A stretch of 64,000 nucleotides of DNA, from the NCBI GenBank assembly GCA_963823415.1, contig CAWGLJ010000009.1:247748-311747 (forward strand), given 5' to 3'. Shown here one piece after another: positions 28,342 through 37,795 of the stretch. Under the pieces are notes generated by a model that did not search any database, was not told where the DNA came from, and saw only the letters and a list, made by a program, of their open reading frames with translations. Origin of the DNA: an uncultured Gammaproteobacteria bacterium. GTDB lineage: Bacteria; Pseudomonadota; Gammaproteobacteria; Steroidobacterales; Steroidobacteraceae. Numbering within the stretch: position 1 is the first letter of the stretch; every line of letters starts with the position of its first letter. Made by a program: the position numbers and the translations under genes.

Positions 28342-28811
28342 CTAGTAAAAGATGACGTTCGTGATCCAGCCGGCCGCGTAGAGGCCGACTCCAAATACGA
28401 GGTGCGTGACCAGGCTGTGCGTCGCGCGGCCGGCCGAGAACCCGACGCCCATGCCCGGCTGCATCAGGAGCAGCGGCGCAGCGACGGTGACGATCCCCAC
28501 GAGCAGGGCGGGCACGAGCCTCGGCTGCCGGATCCACTCGATGCCCCAGACGCCGAGCAGGACGCCGGCGAAGGCGATGCCGATCAGGTAATGGGCGATC
28601 CAGCCGACCAGTCGCTCGCCGCGCACGGCGCGGCGTGGCCGCAATGGATTCGTGGCGAAAGCGCCCGTGCGGCATGCAGGCGAGCCACCGGCCCACGAGG
28701 CCGAAGTCCGGCGGCGCGACGCCGAGGAGGCGCTTGCGGGCCAGGGCCCAGAGATCGGTCAGCGGCAGTCGCGCCGATACCGACCAGCAGCACGCTCACC
28801 ATGAAATCCAT
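28342..28811 (-). pseudogene. DUF2938 family membrane protein; two frame changes
   Basis: MDFMVSVLLVGIGAT lies in ORF 28584-28811. GRWLACMPHGRFRHESIAATP lies in ORF 28103-28696. GERLVGWIAHYLIGIAFAGVLL...MQPGMGVGF...HLVFGVGLY lies in ORF 28342-28644. Confidence 0.7.
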
Positions 28812-28857
28812 TGAAGCCTCCGTTCGCTTGCCTTAAATCCCTCGAGGCCGCACGATG

Positions 28858-28883
28858 CCACTTGAAGTCCACTTGAGGTCAAG
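28858..28883. promoter_or_regulatory. tandem 11-bp repeat CCACTTGAAGT/CCACTTGAGGT ending in the palindrome CTTGAGGTCAAG; candidate MerR-type operator
   Basis: It lies in the 75-bp spacer between the divergent DUF2938 and merR-like genes. The CTTGA..TCAAG arms are reminiscent of MerR/SoxR-type dyads. Confidence 0.4.
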
Positions 28884-28886
28884 AGG

Positions 28887-29268
28887 GTGAAGAATCTCGA
28901 CATTGCGCAGGTCGCGAGGCAGTCCGGCGTGCCTGCCTCGACGCTGCGCTTCTACGAGAAGAAGGGCCTCATCCGGTCCATCGGCAGGCGGGGCCTGTAT
29001 CGACTCTTCGACCAGGGCGTGCTGGAGCGGCTGGCGCTGATCGCGCTCGGGCGTTCCGCAGGATTTTCGCTGGCACGAGATCAAGCGCATGTTCGCGCCC
29101 GACGGTCGCCTGCGCATCGACCGGAAAATGCTCGCGGCGAAGGCGGATGAACTGGGCGACACGATCCGGCGCCTCGGCGCCATGCGGCGCGGCCTGCGCC
29201 ATGCCGCCGTGTGCCCGGCACCGAGCCATCTGGAATGCCCGACCTTCCGCCGGCTGCTGGGCCTGCGC
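28887..29268 (+). pseudogene. MerR-family transcriptional regulator; one frame change near 29075, and no stop codon where the family normally ends
   Basis: The HTH VKNLDIAQVARQSGVPASTLRFYEKKGLIRSIGRRGLYRLFDQGVLERLALIALGRSAGFSL lies in ORF 28887. The text then continues in ORF 29089 as MFAPDGRLRIDRKMLAAKADELGDTIRRLGAMRRGLRHAAVCPAPSHLECPTFRRLL. Confidence 0.75.
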
Positions 29269-29565
29269 CCGGTGACCGACTGGCTGCACGCCGAGTACCG
29301 CGACTTTGACGACGTGCCTCGCGCGATGCTGTGCACGAGCGCCTCGGGCTGTTATTTTTTCCTTTCCCGGTTCGATGCAACGCGCGGCGAGTATTCCAAT
29401 GCTTATGAGGTGTACCGAATCCTGCCTCCTGCCGAGAGCGAGACCTGCCAATCCTGGTTCGGGCTCGAGACGCGCGCGCAGGAAAGGATGCCGGACATCC
29501 CGGTCAGGAGCTTTCCATTCGATGGCGTGGCGCTCAGGTTCCTTCCGTACGACTCGATTGCGCCG
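29269..29565 (+). CDS. unknown ~100-residue segment in the same open frame between the MerR C-terminus and the DinB-like domain
   Basis: DWLHAEYRDFDDVPRAMLCTSASGCYFFLSRFDATRGEYSNAYEVYRILPPAESETCQSWFGLETRAQERMPDIPVRSFPFDGVALRFLPYDSI. It is locally A/T-richer and I recognise no family. Whether it is a separate gene or a linker domain is unresolved. Confidence 0.3.
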
Positions 29566-30108
29566 ATGCTGGGCGAACGCGTGACGGCGGACAATGAAGC
29601 TTCGGACGGCCTGCGCCGGCAGTTTCAGATCGCCTGGAAGCTGGCGACGTATCACCTCGATGGACTGACGACCGAGGAATGCCTGTGGCGACCGGCGCAG
29701 CGCGGCCTGCATGTCGTCAGGGATGCCGACGGCCAGTGGCACGGTGAGTGGCCGGAGCACGAGGGATACGAACTCGGCCCGCCCAGCATCGCCTGGCTGA
29801 CCTGGCACATCGGTCTGTGGTGGTCGATGACGCTGGACCACTCGTTCGGTCCAGGCACCCTGACGCGCAAGGACGTCACCTGGCCAGGGTCGGCCGACGC
29901 AGCGCGCCGCTGGATCGCGGAGTTATCGGAGCAGTGGCAACGCCGGGTCGGCGAACTCGGCGCGGATGACCTGCAATCGAGCGGGAGGACGCGCTGGCCG
30001 TTCACAGATCGGCCGTTCGGGGACGTCGTGGCCTGGGTCAACATCGAGCTGACCAAGAACGCGGCGGAGATCGGCTATGCGCGTTTTCTGTACGGCGCGA
30101 AAAAGTGA
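29566..30108 (+). CDS. DinB-superfamily (four-helix-bundle metalloenzyme-like) protein/domain
   Basis: From Met 29566: LRRQFQIAWKLATYHLDGLTTEECLWRP..., IAWLTWHIGLWW, VVAWVNIELTKNAAEIGYARFLYG. It is part of the uninterrupted frame 29089-30108. Confidence 0.6.
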   Translation: MLGERVTADNEASDGLRRQFQIAWKLATYHLDGLTTEECLWRPAQRGLHVVRDADGQWHGEWPEHEGYELGPPSIAWLTWHIGLWWSMTLDHSFGPGTLTRKDVTWPGSADAARRWIAELSEQWQRRVGELGADDLQSSGRTRWPFTDRPFGDVVAWVNIELTKNAAEIGYARFLYGAKK

Positions 30109-30647
30109 CGACCTTCGTCGCTCTCCTGCGCGGCGTGAACATCGGCAAGGCGAAGCGCGTGCCGATGGCCGAGTTCAAAAAGCTCCTGGCTGGGCTCGGT
30201 CACGAGGACGTCGTCACCTTGCTCAATAGCGGCAATGCGGTGTTCCGCTCGAAATCGGTCGCGCCGGCCCGGATCGCGTCCGACATTGCGACGGCGATCT
30301 CCCGCAAGCTGAAAGTGGAAGTGCCGGTGATCGTGAAGTCGGCGAAGGAGTTCGCGGCAGTCGTGGCGGACAATCCGTTCGAGGTCGGCGCTTCGGATCA
30401 CTCGCGATTCCTCGTCGCGTTCACGCAGGACACTGCAACGCTCGCGGAACTCGCACCGATCGAGTCGCTCATCAGGCCCCCCGAGCGCTTCGCAATCGGC
30501 CGGCATGCGGCCTACCTGCACTGCGCCGAGGGTATCCTGAAGAGCAAGGCCGGCGAGGCATTGCTCGGCAAGATCGGCCGGCGGGCGACCACCCGAAACC
30601 TGGCGACCACGCTGAAGCTCCGTGCGCTTGCGGGAGAGACTGCGTGA
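30105..30647 (+). CDS. DUF1697 family protein
   Basis: Intact 180-aa ORF starting at GTG: [48 protein letters not shown]. Confidence 0.75.
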   Translation: MTTFVALLRGVNIGKAKRVPMAEFKKLLAGLGHEDVVTLLNSGNAVFRSKSVAPARIASDIATAISRKLKVEVPVIVKSAKEFAAVVADNPFEVGASDHSRFLVAFTQDTATLAELAPIESLIRPPERFAIGRHAAYLHCAEGILKSKAGEALLGKIGRRATTRNLATTLKLRALAGETA

Positions 30648-30995
30648 AGAAATCGACTGCACTGCCATACGCGCTCGCCGTCATCGCCGGTGCAACGCTC
30701 TGGGCGGTCGGCTCCGCGCTTTCGGACCGTCGCGAGGCCTGGGACTCAGGCAGCTACTGGACGATCTTCTATCCGGCCGCGATCATCACCTGCGGCCTGC
30801 TGGGATACCTGTTTCCCGACCGGCCATGGCGCTGGTGTCTCGCGCTCTTCGCCGCGCAGTTCGTGACAATGGCCGTGCTCGCCGGCGAGATCGGCAACCT
30901 GGCGCCGCTGGGATTGATCCTGTTTGGAGTCCTTGCCTTGCCTGCAATAGGCGCCGCAATGCTCGCATCCCGGACGAAGCGCAGCCGCAATGATC
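30644..30995 (+). CDS. hypothetical membrane protein (3' end uncertain)
   Basis: The GTG at 30644 overlaps the preceding stop. Sequence: [26 protein letters not shown]...[64 protein letters not shown]. The frame then runs on into the next gene. Confidence 0.5.
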
Positions 30996-32635
30996 TGATC
31001 ACGGAAAGCCATCGATCGCCCTGCTGGCGGGCCTCCTCGCACTCGCGGCGTCGGTCAGCTCGCGCGCTGCGCCGCCCGTGCCGGAATCCGCGGTCGATGC
31101 GCACTTCGCGGCCTGGTCATCGTCGACGCCCGGCTGCGCCGTCGGCGTCTCGGACGACGGCCGCATCGTGCTCGAGCGCGCCTACGGCATGGCCGACCTC
31201 GAGCACGGCGTCGCCGAACCGCCCCGACACGATCTTCGAGGCGGGTTCCGTGTCGAAGCAGTTCACGGCAGCGGCCGTGCTGCTGCTCGCCGGGGACGGC
31301 AAGCTCTCGCTCGACGATCCGGTCCGCAAGTACGTGCCGGAGCTGCCGGAGTATCAGCGGCGGCGATCACGATCCGGCAGATGCTGCATCACACGAGCGG
31401 CCTGCGCGACTGGGGGAACGTCGCCTGGATCGGCGGCTGGCCGCGCGGCACGCGCGTCCACACGCACGACCACGTGCTCGACATCCTGGGCCGGCAGGAA
31501 GCGCTCAACTTCGCGCCGGGCACGCGCTGGTCGTACAGCAACTCGGGCTACAACCTCGCCGCGATCATCGTCTCCCGCGTCGCCGGCGAATCCTTCGCGG
31601 AGTTCACGCGCAAGCGCCTCTTCGAGCCGCTCGGCATGACGCGCACGTCCTGGCGCGACGATTTCACGCGCGTCGTCAAGGACCGCGCGGTCGCGTACGC
31701 GAAGTCCGGCGACCGCTACGTGCTCGACATGCCGTTCGAGAACGTGCACGGCAACGGCGGGCTGCTGACGACGGTCGGCGACCTGCTGCGCTGGAACGAG
31801 AACTTCGCGACGCCGAAGATCGGCGGCGCCGGACTTCGCGCGCACGATGCAGGCGTCCGGGCGGCTCGAGGGCGGCGCGGAGACCGGCTACGGCTTCGGA
31901 CTCGGCGTCGGGCACTACCAGGGCGTCCCGGAGGTGCGGCACAGCGGCACGACGGGAAGCTACCGCGCCTTCCTCGCGCGCTATCCGGAGCAGCAGCTCT
32001 CCGTCGCCGTGCTCTGCAACGCGGGCGACAGCATGCCGCGGCAGTCGCTGCACGCGGTCGCGGATCTCTACCTCGGCGGATGCGCTGAAGCCCGACCCGG
32101 CGCCGAGGGCAGTGAAGCTCTCCGGGCCGAGCTCGATGCGATCGCCGGACTGTACCGCAACGTCGATCGCGGCGACGTCATCCGGATCGAGCGCGATGGC
32201 GACAGGCTCCGCCTGGGCGGCGAGACACCGCTCTTTGCGCTGTCTGCCGATTGCGCCTCACGGACGGGGAGGGCACGACCATCGAGCTCGACGGCACGGG
32301 CCGCGGGCTGATGGATGAGGGCAGCGGCGCGCCGATCGTCCTCGAACGCGTGCCGGCCGTGCAGCCGACGCTGGCGGAGCTCGAAACGCTCGCGGGCCGC
32401 TATGTCAGCGATGAAGCGGAGACTACTTTCACCGCGCGCGTGCGCGAGGGTGCGCTCGAACTCGCCGCAGCGTCCCGCCACGGCGTATCGCCTCGCGCCG
32501 CTCTATGAAGACGCATTCGACAGCGAGCTCGGCACGATCGTCTTCCGGCGCGACGCCGCCGGGGCGGTGACGGCGCTCAGCGTCGTGCAGGACCGCGTCT
32601 GGGACCTCAGGTTCCGGCGCGAGGCTCCCGCCGCG
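30990..32635 (+). pseudogene. beta-lactamase-fold (class C/PBP-like) serine hydrolase with signal peptide; many frame changes
   Basis: [19 protein letters not shown] signal peptide; [22 protein letters not shown]; [36 protein letters not shown] (SxxK motif); [13 protein letters not shown]; [15 protein letters not shown]; GNGGLLTTVGDLLRW; HSGTTGSYRAF. The pieces are scattered over ORFs 30644, 31078, 31847, 32251 and 32315. Confidence 0.8.
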
Positions 32636-33304
32636 ACGAAGCGCGTCCTCGTGTTCGGCGATTCCAACACCTGGGGCTGGATACCCGTGGAGCGGGGGAT
32701 TCCCACCACGCGCTACGCAGCCGACCAGCGCTGGCCCGGCGTCGCGCAGGCCGTGCTGGGCGACGGCTTCGAGATCATCGAAGAAGGATTGAGCGGACGC
32801 ACGACGGATCTCTTCGACAGCGATCCGACGGTGAAGGAACTGTCCGGGGCCGGCCTGGATGGCAGCGCCTACCTGCCCGCCGCAGTGGCTTCGCACCTGC
32901 CGCTCGACCTGGTCGTCATCATGCTCGGTACGAACGACCTCAAGACCAAGTTTGACCGCTCGCCGGAGGCCATCGCGCTGGGCGTGCGCGGGCTCATCGA
33001 GCGGGTCCGCAGGATCGACCGCGGCGCCTGGACCGAATATCCGGCGCCGAGGGTACTCGTGCTTTCGCCGCCGCCGCTCGTGCAGACGGAGAGGTTCCCG
33101 GCCGCGATCCTCGCTGGCGGCGTCGACAAGTCGCGGGCGCTCGCATCGCAGCTGGAAGCAGTCGCAGATTCAACCGGTGCCGCATTCTTCGACGTCGGTG
33201 CGGTCACGAGCGCCGACGGCGTGGACGGCATCCACCTGAGCGAAGCGGCGCACCGCAAGATCGGGCTTGCGGTTGCGGACAAGATCCGCGCGATTCTCGA
33301 ATAG
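32636..33304 (+). CDS. SGNH/GDSL-family hydrolase; no canonical start codon, in frame with the upstream hydrolase
   Basis: TKRVLVFGDSNTWGW (block I, GDS), GLSGRTT, IMLGTNDL, DGIHLS (block V). The codon where family members usually start (MKR..) is ACG at 32636. Confidence 0.75.
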   Translation, partial: TKRVLVFGDSNTWGWIPVERGIPTTRYAADQRWPGVAQAVLGDGFEIIEEGLSGRTTDLFDSDPTVKELSGAGLDGSAYLPAAVASHLPLDLVVIMLGTNDLKTKFDRSPEAIALGVRGLIERVRRIDRGAWTEYPAPRVLVLSPPPLVQTERFPAAILAGGVDKSRALASQLEAVADSTGAAFFDVGAVTSADGVDGIHLSEAAHRKIGLAVADKIRAILE

Positions 33305-33309
33305 CATTC

Positions 33310-33703
33310 ATGGTCGAAAGAATCTGGTCGTACGCCTGGGCGAGCCCGAACACGGCCATTGGGTTCGCGTTCGGCCTGCTGGCAGTCCTGTTCGGCGCGC
33401 AGCTCCGCCCGCGACAGGGCGTCTTCGAATTCTCCGGCGGTGGACTCGGCAGGCTTTTCGCGGCGCCCTGGCTCGCCTGCCCGTTCCGGGCCGTCACGCT
33501 CGGCCACGTGATCCTCGGCTACGGATGCGGACAACGCTCGACTGCGTCGCGCACCCACGAGCAGGTCCACGTGCGCCAGTACGAGCAGTGGGGACCGCTC
33601 TTCCTGCCGGCGTACTGCGGCCTCCAGCCTCTGGCAGCTCGCCTGCGGCCGACGCTGCTATCGCGACAACTGGTTCGAGCGGCAGGCATATGACCGTTCT
33701 TGA
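33310..33703 (+). pseudogene. hypothetical conserved protein; probable frame change near 33615
   Basis: MVERIWSYAWASPNTAIGFAFGLLAVL...THEQVHVRQYEQWGPLFLPAY lies in ORF 33310. The tail reads more protein-like in another frame (SSLWQLACGRRCYRDNWFERQAYDRS*). Confidence 0.45.
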
Positions 33704-34910
33704 CCGGCGCCGCTTCCTGGAACTGTGCGCGGCGGCGGCGCTGGCTCCGCGGCGCACGCGGCGCCGAGGTTGCGCGTCGTCGTCGCCGGCGCCGGCATCA
33801 TCGGCGCGTCCGTCGCCTGGCATCTCGCGAAGGCCGGCGCGGAGGTCACGGTCATCGATCGCGACGGTCCCGCGACGCACGCCAGCCGCGGCTCGTTCGC
33901 CTGGATCAACGCCACCTGGTCGAAGCAGCCGCGGGCGTATCACGCGCTGAACCAGGCCGGCGTGTCGGCCTGGAAGCAGCCTGCAGCCCGAACTCAAGCT
34001 GCCGGTGCGCTGGGGCGGCTCGCTCGAAGGCAACGCCGACGCGGCGTTCGAGGCGAAGCTCATCCTGCGCGTGGCGGAACAGCGGGACTGGGGCGAGAAC
34101 GACGCGGCTCGTCGAGAGCGCCGAGCTTGCGACGCTGGAGCCGAACGTGGACTTCAGCAGCGCTCCGCCAGGTGGTCTACTCCGCGAACGACGGCGCGAC
34201 CGATCCGGTGGCTGCGACCCGCGTGTTCCTGGCCGCCGCGGTCGCGCTCGGCGCGCGGGTCGAGTATCCCTGCGAGCTGACCGGCGTTGCGCTGGCGACG
34301 GGCCGCCTGACGGCGGTGCGTACGAGCCGTGGCGACATTCCGGCGGACCGGCTCGTGCTCGCGACCGGCGCCGCGGCCGACGCGGCCGGCGCTTCGCGGA
34401 CTGGGACCTCCCGCAACGCGACGAACCCGGGTGCAACGACGGTCACGACGCCGATGCCGCGCCTCGTGAATCGCGTGCTGTGGTTGCCGGGCGTGCACCT
34501 GCACCAGCGCGACGACGGCCGCATCGTGCTCGGCGCGGAGGCGGGCCCGCCGCCCGGCGAGGCGCATGCGCTTCGCCTGCAGGGGCATCCCAACGATTTT
34601 CCCGTGCGCGAGATTGCGCTGCAGCACGCCGAGCGCATGCGTGCGGCCGCGCAGCGCTATCGTGCCTGGCCTTCCGGCGCTCGAATACGAGGACGTCCGC
34701 GTCTGCTGGCGGCCGATGCCGCTCGACGGATATCCGGTGCTCGGCGCCTCGCCCGCGCGCCGCGACGTCTATCTCGCGGTGATGCACAGCGGCGTGACGC
34801 TCGCGCCGGTCGTCGGCACGCAGGTCGCGCAGGAGATCGTGGACGGCGGAACCTGCCGATCGAGCTGGCGAACTTTCAGGCCCGATCGCGAGTTGCAAAG
34901 CGAGCACTGA
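33690..34910 (+). pseudogene. FAD-dependent oxidoreductase (DAO/DadA-like) with a twin-arginine signal; many frame changes
   Basis: MTVLDRRRFLELCAAAAL (Tat motif), then RVVVAGAGIIGASVAWHLAKAGAEVTVIDR, FAWINATW, LVESAELATLEPNV, VVYSANDGATDPVAATRVFLAAA, LVLATGAAA and the C-terminus CWRPMPLDGYPVLG..VYLAVMHSGVTLAPVVG. The pieces are spread over three frames. Confidence 0.75.
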
Positions 34911-34942
34911 CGGGAACTCACCTTGATTCGAGAGGAACGCCC

Positions 34943-35604
34943 ATGAAGAACCACCGCCCCTTCGCGCTCCTTGCATCGATCGTGTTCTCGGGCGCATCTG
35001 CCGGGGCGGCCGAACCGGTCGAAGGCAAGGACTACCAGCGCATCAACCCGCCGGTCGCGACCTCGGATCCGTCGAAGATCGTCGTGACGCAGTTCTTCTC
35101 GTACCAGTGCCCGCATTGCTACAAGTTCGAGAAGCCGTACGCGGCCTGGGCCGCGAAACTGCCCGCGGACGTGAAGGTCGGAGCGCGCCGCGGTTTCCAT
35201 CGGCCATGCCGGCTGGGTGCCCGCCGCGCAGGCCTTCTATGCGCTGTCGGCCATGAAGAAGGTGCCGGCGATCGACGACGCCTTCTTCGGCGCCATCCAC
35301 CGGACCAGCGGCTCGGCCTGACGGACGAGGCCGGCGATCGCGGCCTGGGTCGCGAAGCAGGGCATCGATCGTGCCGAGTTCGAGAAGATGGCTCCGGTCG
35401 TTCAGCGTCGGGTTGCAGGTGCGGCGCGCGGACGAGCAGTCGCGCAAGGTCCGCCTGCCGAGCGTCCCGACGATCGTCATCGACGGCCGGTATCTCGTGC
35501 CGATCCGGGACGACGGCGATTTCCGCGACCAGCTCGCGCTCGTCGATTCGCTCATCGAGCGCGTGCGCCGCGAACGGGCGGGCGCTAGGCCGGCTTCGCC
35601 GTAG
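34943..35604 (+). pseudogene. dsbA: thiol:disulfide interchange protein DsbA; several frame changes
   Basis: MKNHRPFALLASIVFSGASAGAAEPVEGKDYQRINPPV...VTQFFSYQCPHCYKFEKPY (CPHC motif). Later pieces: GHAGWVPAAQAFYAL and VRLPSVPTIVIDGRYLV. Confidence 0.8.
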
Positions 35605-36773
35605 CGACTGCGCCGGTAGGCTTCCCGGAAGGGAATGCCTTCCTCCACGACCAGCGCGTTCGCGCGCGCCGTCGCGTGGATGTCGTCGTCGAGCCGGATG
35701 CGTTCCGGCCGGAACGCCAGGCCTTCCAGCACCACCGGCACGAGGTCGAGCACCTGCGCGGCGATGTCGATGCCGCGGAACAGCGGCGCCTTGATGAGCT
35801 GCAGGTCGCGGTGATAGCCGGACGGCAGCCTCGATGAGATCCCGAGCACTTCGACCAGGCAGGCGAGGGCGGTCGCCGAGCGGCCGCGGATCAGCTCGAG
35901 CACGTCGGGGTTGCGCTTCTGCGGCATGATCGAGGAGCCGGTCGTGAGCTCCGGCGCGAGCGTGACGTAGCCGAACTCGCGCGTGTAGAAGAGCAGCAGG
36001 TCGGCCGCCAGGCGGCCGAGGTCCTGGAGCAGCAGCGTGAGTTCGAGCAGCAGTTGCGCTTCCGCCTTGCCGCGCGAGAGCTGCACGGCGGTCACCGGCT
36101 CCTGCACTTCCGCGAAGCCGAGCCGCGCGCGCGTCGCCTCGCGCGACACGGGCAGGCCCGGCGTGCCGAAGCCGGCGGCCGATCCGAGCGGATTGCGGTT
36201 GATGCGGCGCACGGTCTGGCGGATGCCCTCGGCATCGTCGCGCACCTCGGCGGCGAAGCCGCGCGCCCACAGCCCGACGCTCGAGGGCATCGCCTGCTGC
36301 ATGTGCGTGTAGCCGGGCAGCGCGATCTCGCCCTGGCGCGCAGCCAGCGCCTCGAGCGCGTCGGCGACGCGCGTCGGCGCCTGCCGCGAGCTCGCCCGGC
36401 GACGTCGCGCAGGTACAGGCGCAGCGCCGCCAGCACCTGGTCGTTGCGCGAGCGGCCGAGGTGGATGCGCGCGCCCGCCGCGCCGATCAGCGCGGTCAGG
36501 CGACCCTCGAGCGCGGTCTGGCCGTCCTCTTCCTCGAGCGTCACGCGCCACTCGCCGCGCGCGTGTGCCTCGGCGAGCCGCTGCGAGTCCGTCGCGGATC
36601 GACTCGAGATCGGCGGGCTGGAGCAGTTTCGCCTCCGCCAGCATTTCGGCGTGCGCGATCGAGGCGCGCACGTCGTAGGCGACGAGGCGGTCGTCGAGCG
36701 CGTGGTCCTCGCCCGCGGTGAAGGCGAGCACGCGCGCGTCGAGCGGCGCTCCCTTGTCCCAGAGCCGGCTCAT
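35585..36773 (-). pseudogene. argH: argininosuccinate lyase; several frame changes
   Basis: MSRLWDKGAPLDARVLAFTAGEDHALDDRLVAYDVRASIAHAEMLA, HLGRSRNDQV, LPGYTHMQQAMPS, GSSIMPQKRNPDVLE (signature sequence), ..VVEEGIPFREAYRR. The stop is inferred at 35585 after a last indel. Confidence 0.85.
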
Positions 36774-37795
36774 GCCGCGATCGCCGCGCGGCCGCGGTTC
36801 GCAAGCAGCCGGTGCAGCACGGCGCGCTGCACGACCAGGCGGTTGTGCGCCTGCGGCAGCACGGCGCTGCGCGGGCCGTCGAGCAGTTCGTCGGCGACCG
36901 CGACGTTGCGGCGCACCGGCAGGCAGTGCATGAGCCGGCAGTCGGGCCGCGCCCTGGCGAACCAGGACTCACGCAGCGTCCAGTCGCCGAGCGAGGCGCG
37001 AAGCTGGGCATCGCCGGCGGCGTCGCCGTAGTGCGCGGTCGATCCCCACTCCTTGGCGTACACGACGTGCGCGCCGGCGAGCGCGGTCTCGCGGTCGTCG
37101 GTCTCGACGATGCTGCCGCCGGTCGCGGCGGCGGCGTCGCGCGCCTTCTTCATCAATCGGCTCGGGCAGGGCATAGCCCTCGGGCCGCAGGACGACGACT
37201 TCCATGCCGCGCAGCGCCGCCATGTGCGCGGCGGCGGCCGGCACGGCGAGCGGCAGCGCGCGCGGGTGGTTCGCCCAGGACAGCACGAACTTGCCGCGCC
37301 GGGGCACGGCGAGGTCGTCGAGCGTCTTCCAGTCCGCGAGCGCCTGGCAGGGATGGTTGACGGCGGACTCGAGGTTGACGAGCGGCTTGTCGCAGAGCGC
37401 GGCGATCTTCCGGAACATCGGTTCCGCGAGGTCCGTGGCGAGATCGCGGCCCTCGGCGAAGGCGCGCACGCCGAGCACGTCGCAGTAGGACGCAAGCACC
37501 GGGAATGCCCTCGCGGATGTGCTCGGCGGCCTTGCCGTTCATCACGACGCCGTCGCCCGTCTCGAGGTCCCAGCTGCCGCTGCCCGGCGTGATCACGAAC
37601 GAGTGGCCGCCGAGCTGCGGCCATGGCCGCCTGCATCGAGGCGAGCGTGCGCAGCGAGGGATTGAAGAACACGAGGCCGAGCGTGCGGCCGGCGAGGGCC
37701 GCGGGCTCCGGGCGTTCCGCGAGGCGCGTCGCGAGCGCGAGCATGTCCACGACGGCGTCGTGGCTGAAGTCGGCGAGGTCGAGGAAGCCTTTCAT
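36770..37795 (-). pseudogene. argF: N-acetyl(or N-succinyl)ornithine carbamoyltransferase-type transcarbamylase (ArgF' family); several frame changes
   Basis: MKGFLDLADFSHDAV..LVFFNPSLRT (the family-specific FNPSxRT motif instead of STRTR), ESAVNHPCQALAD, HVVYAKEWG, LMHCLPVRRNV. ATGA overlaps with argG and argH. Confidence 0.75.
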
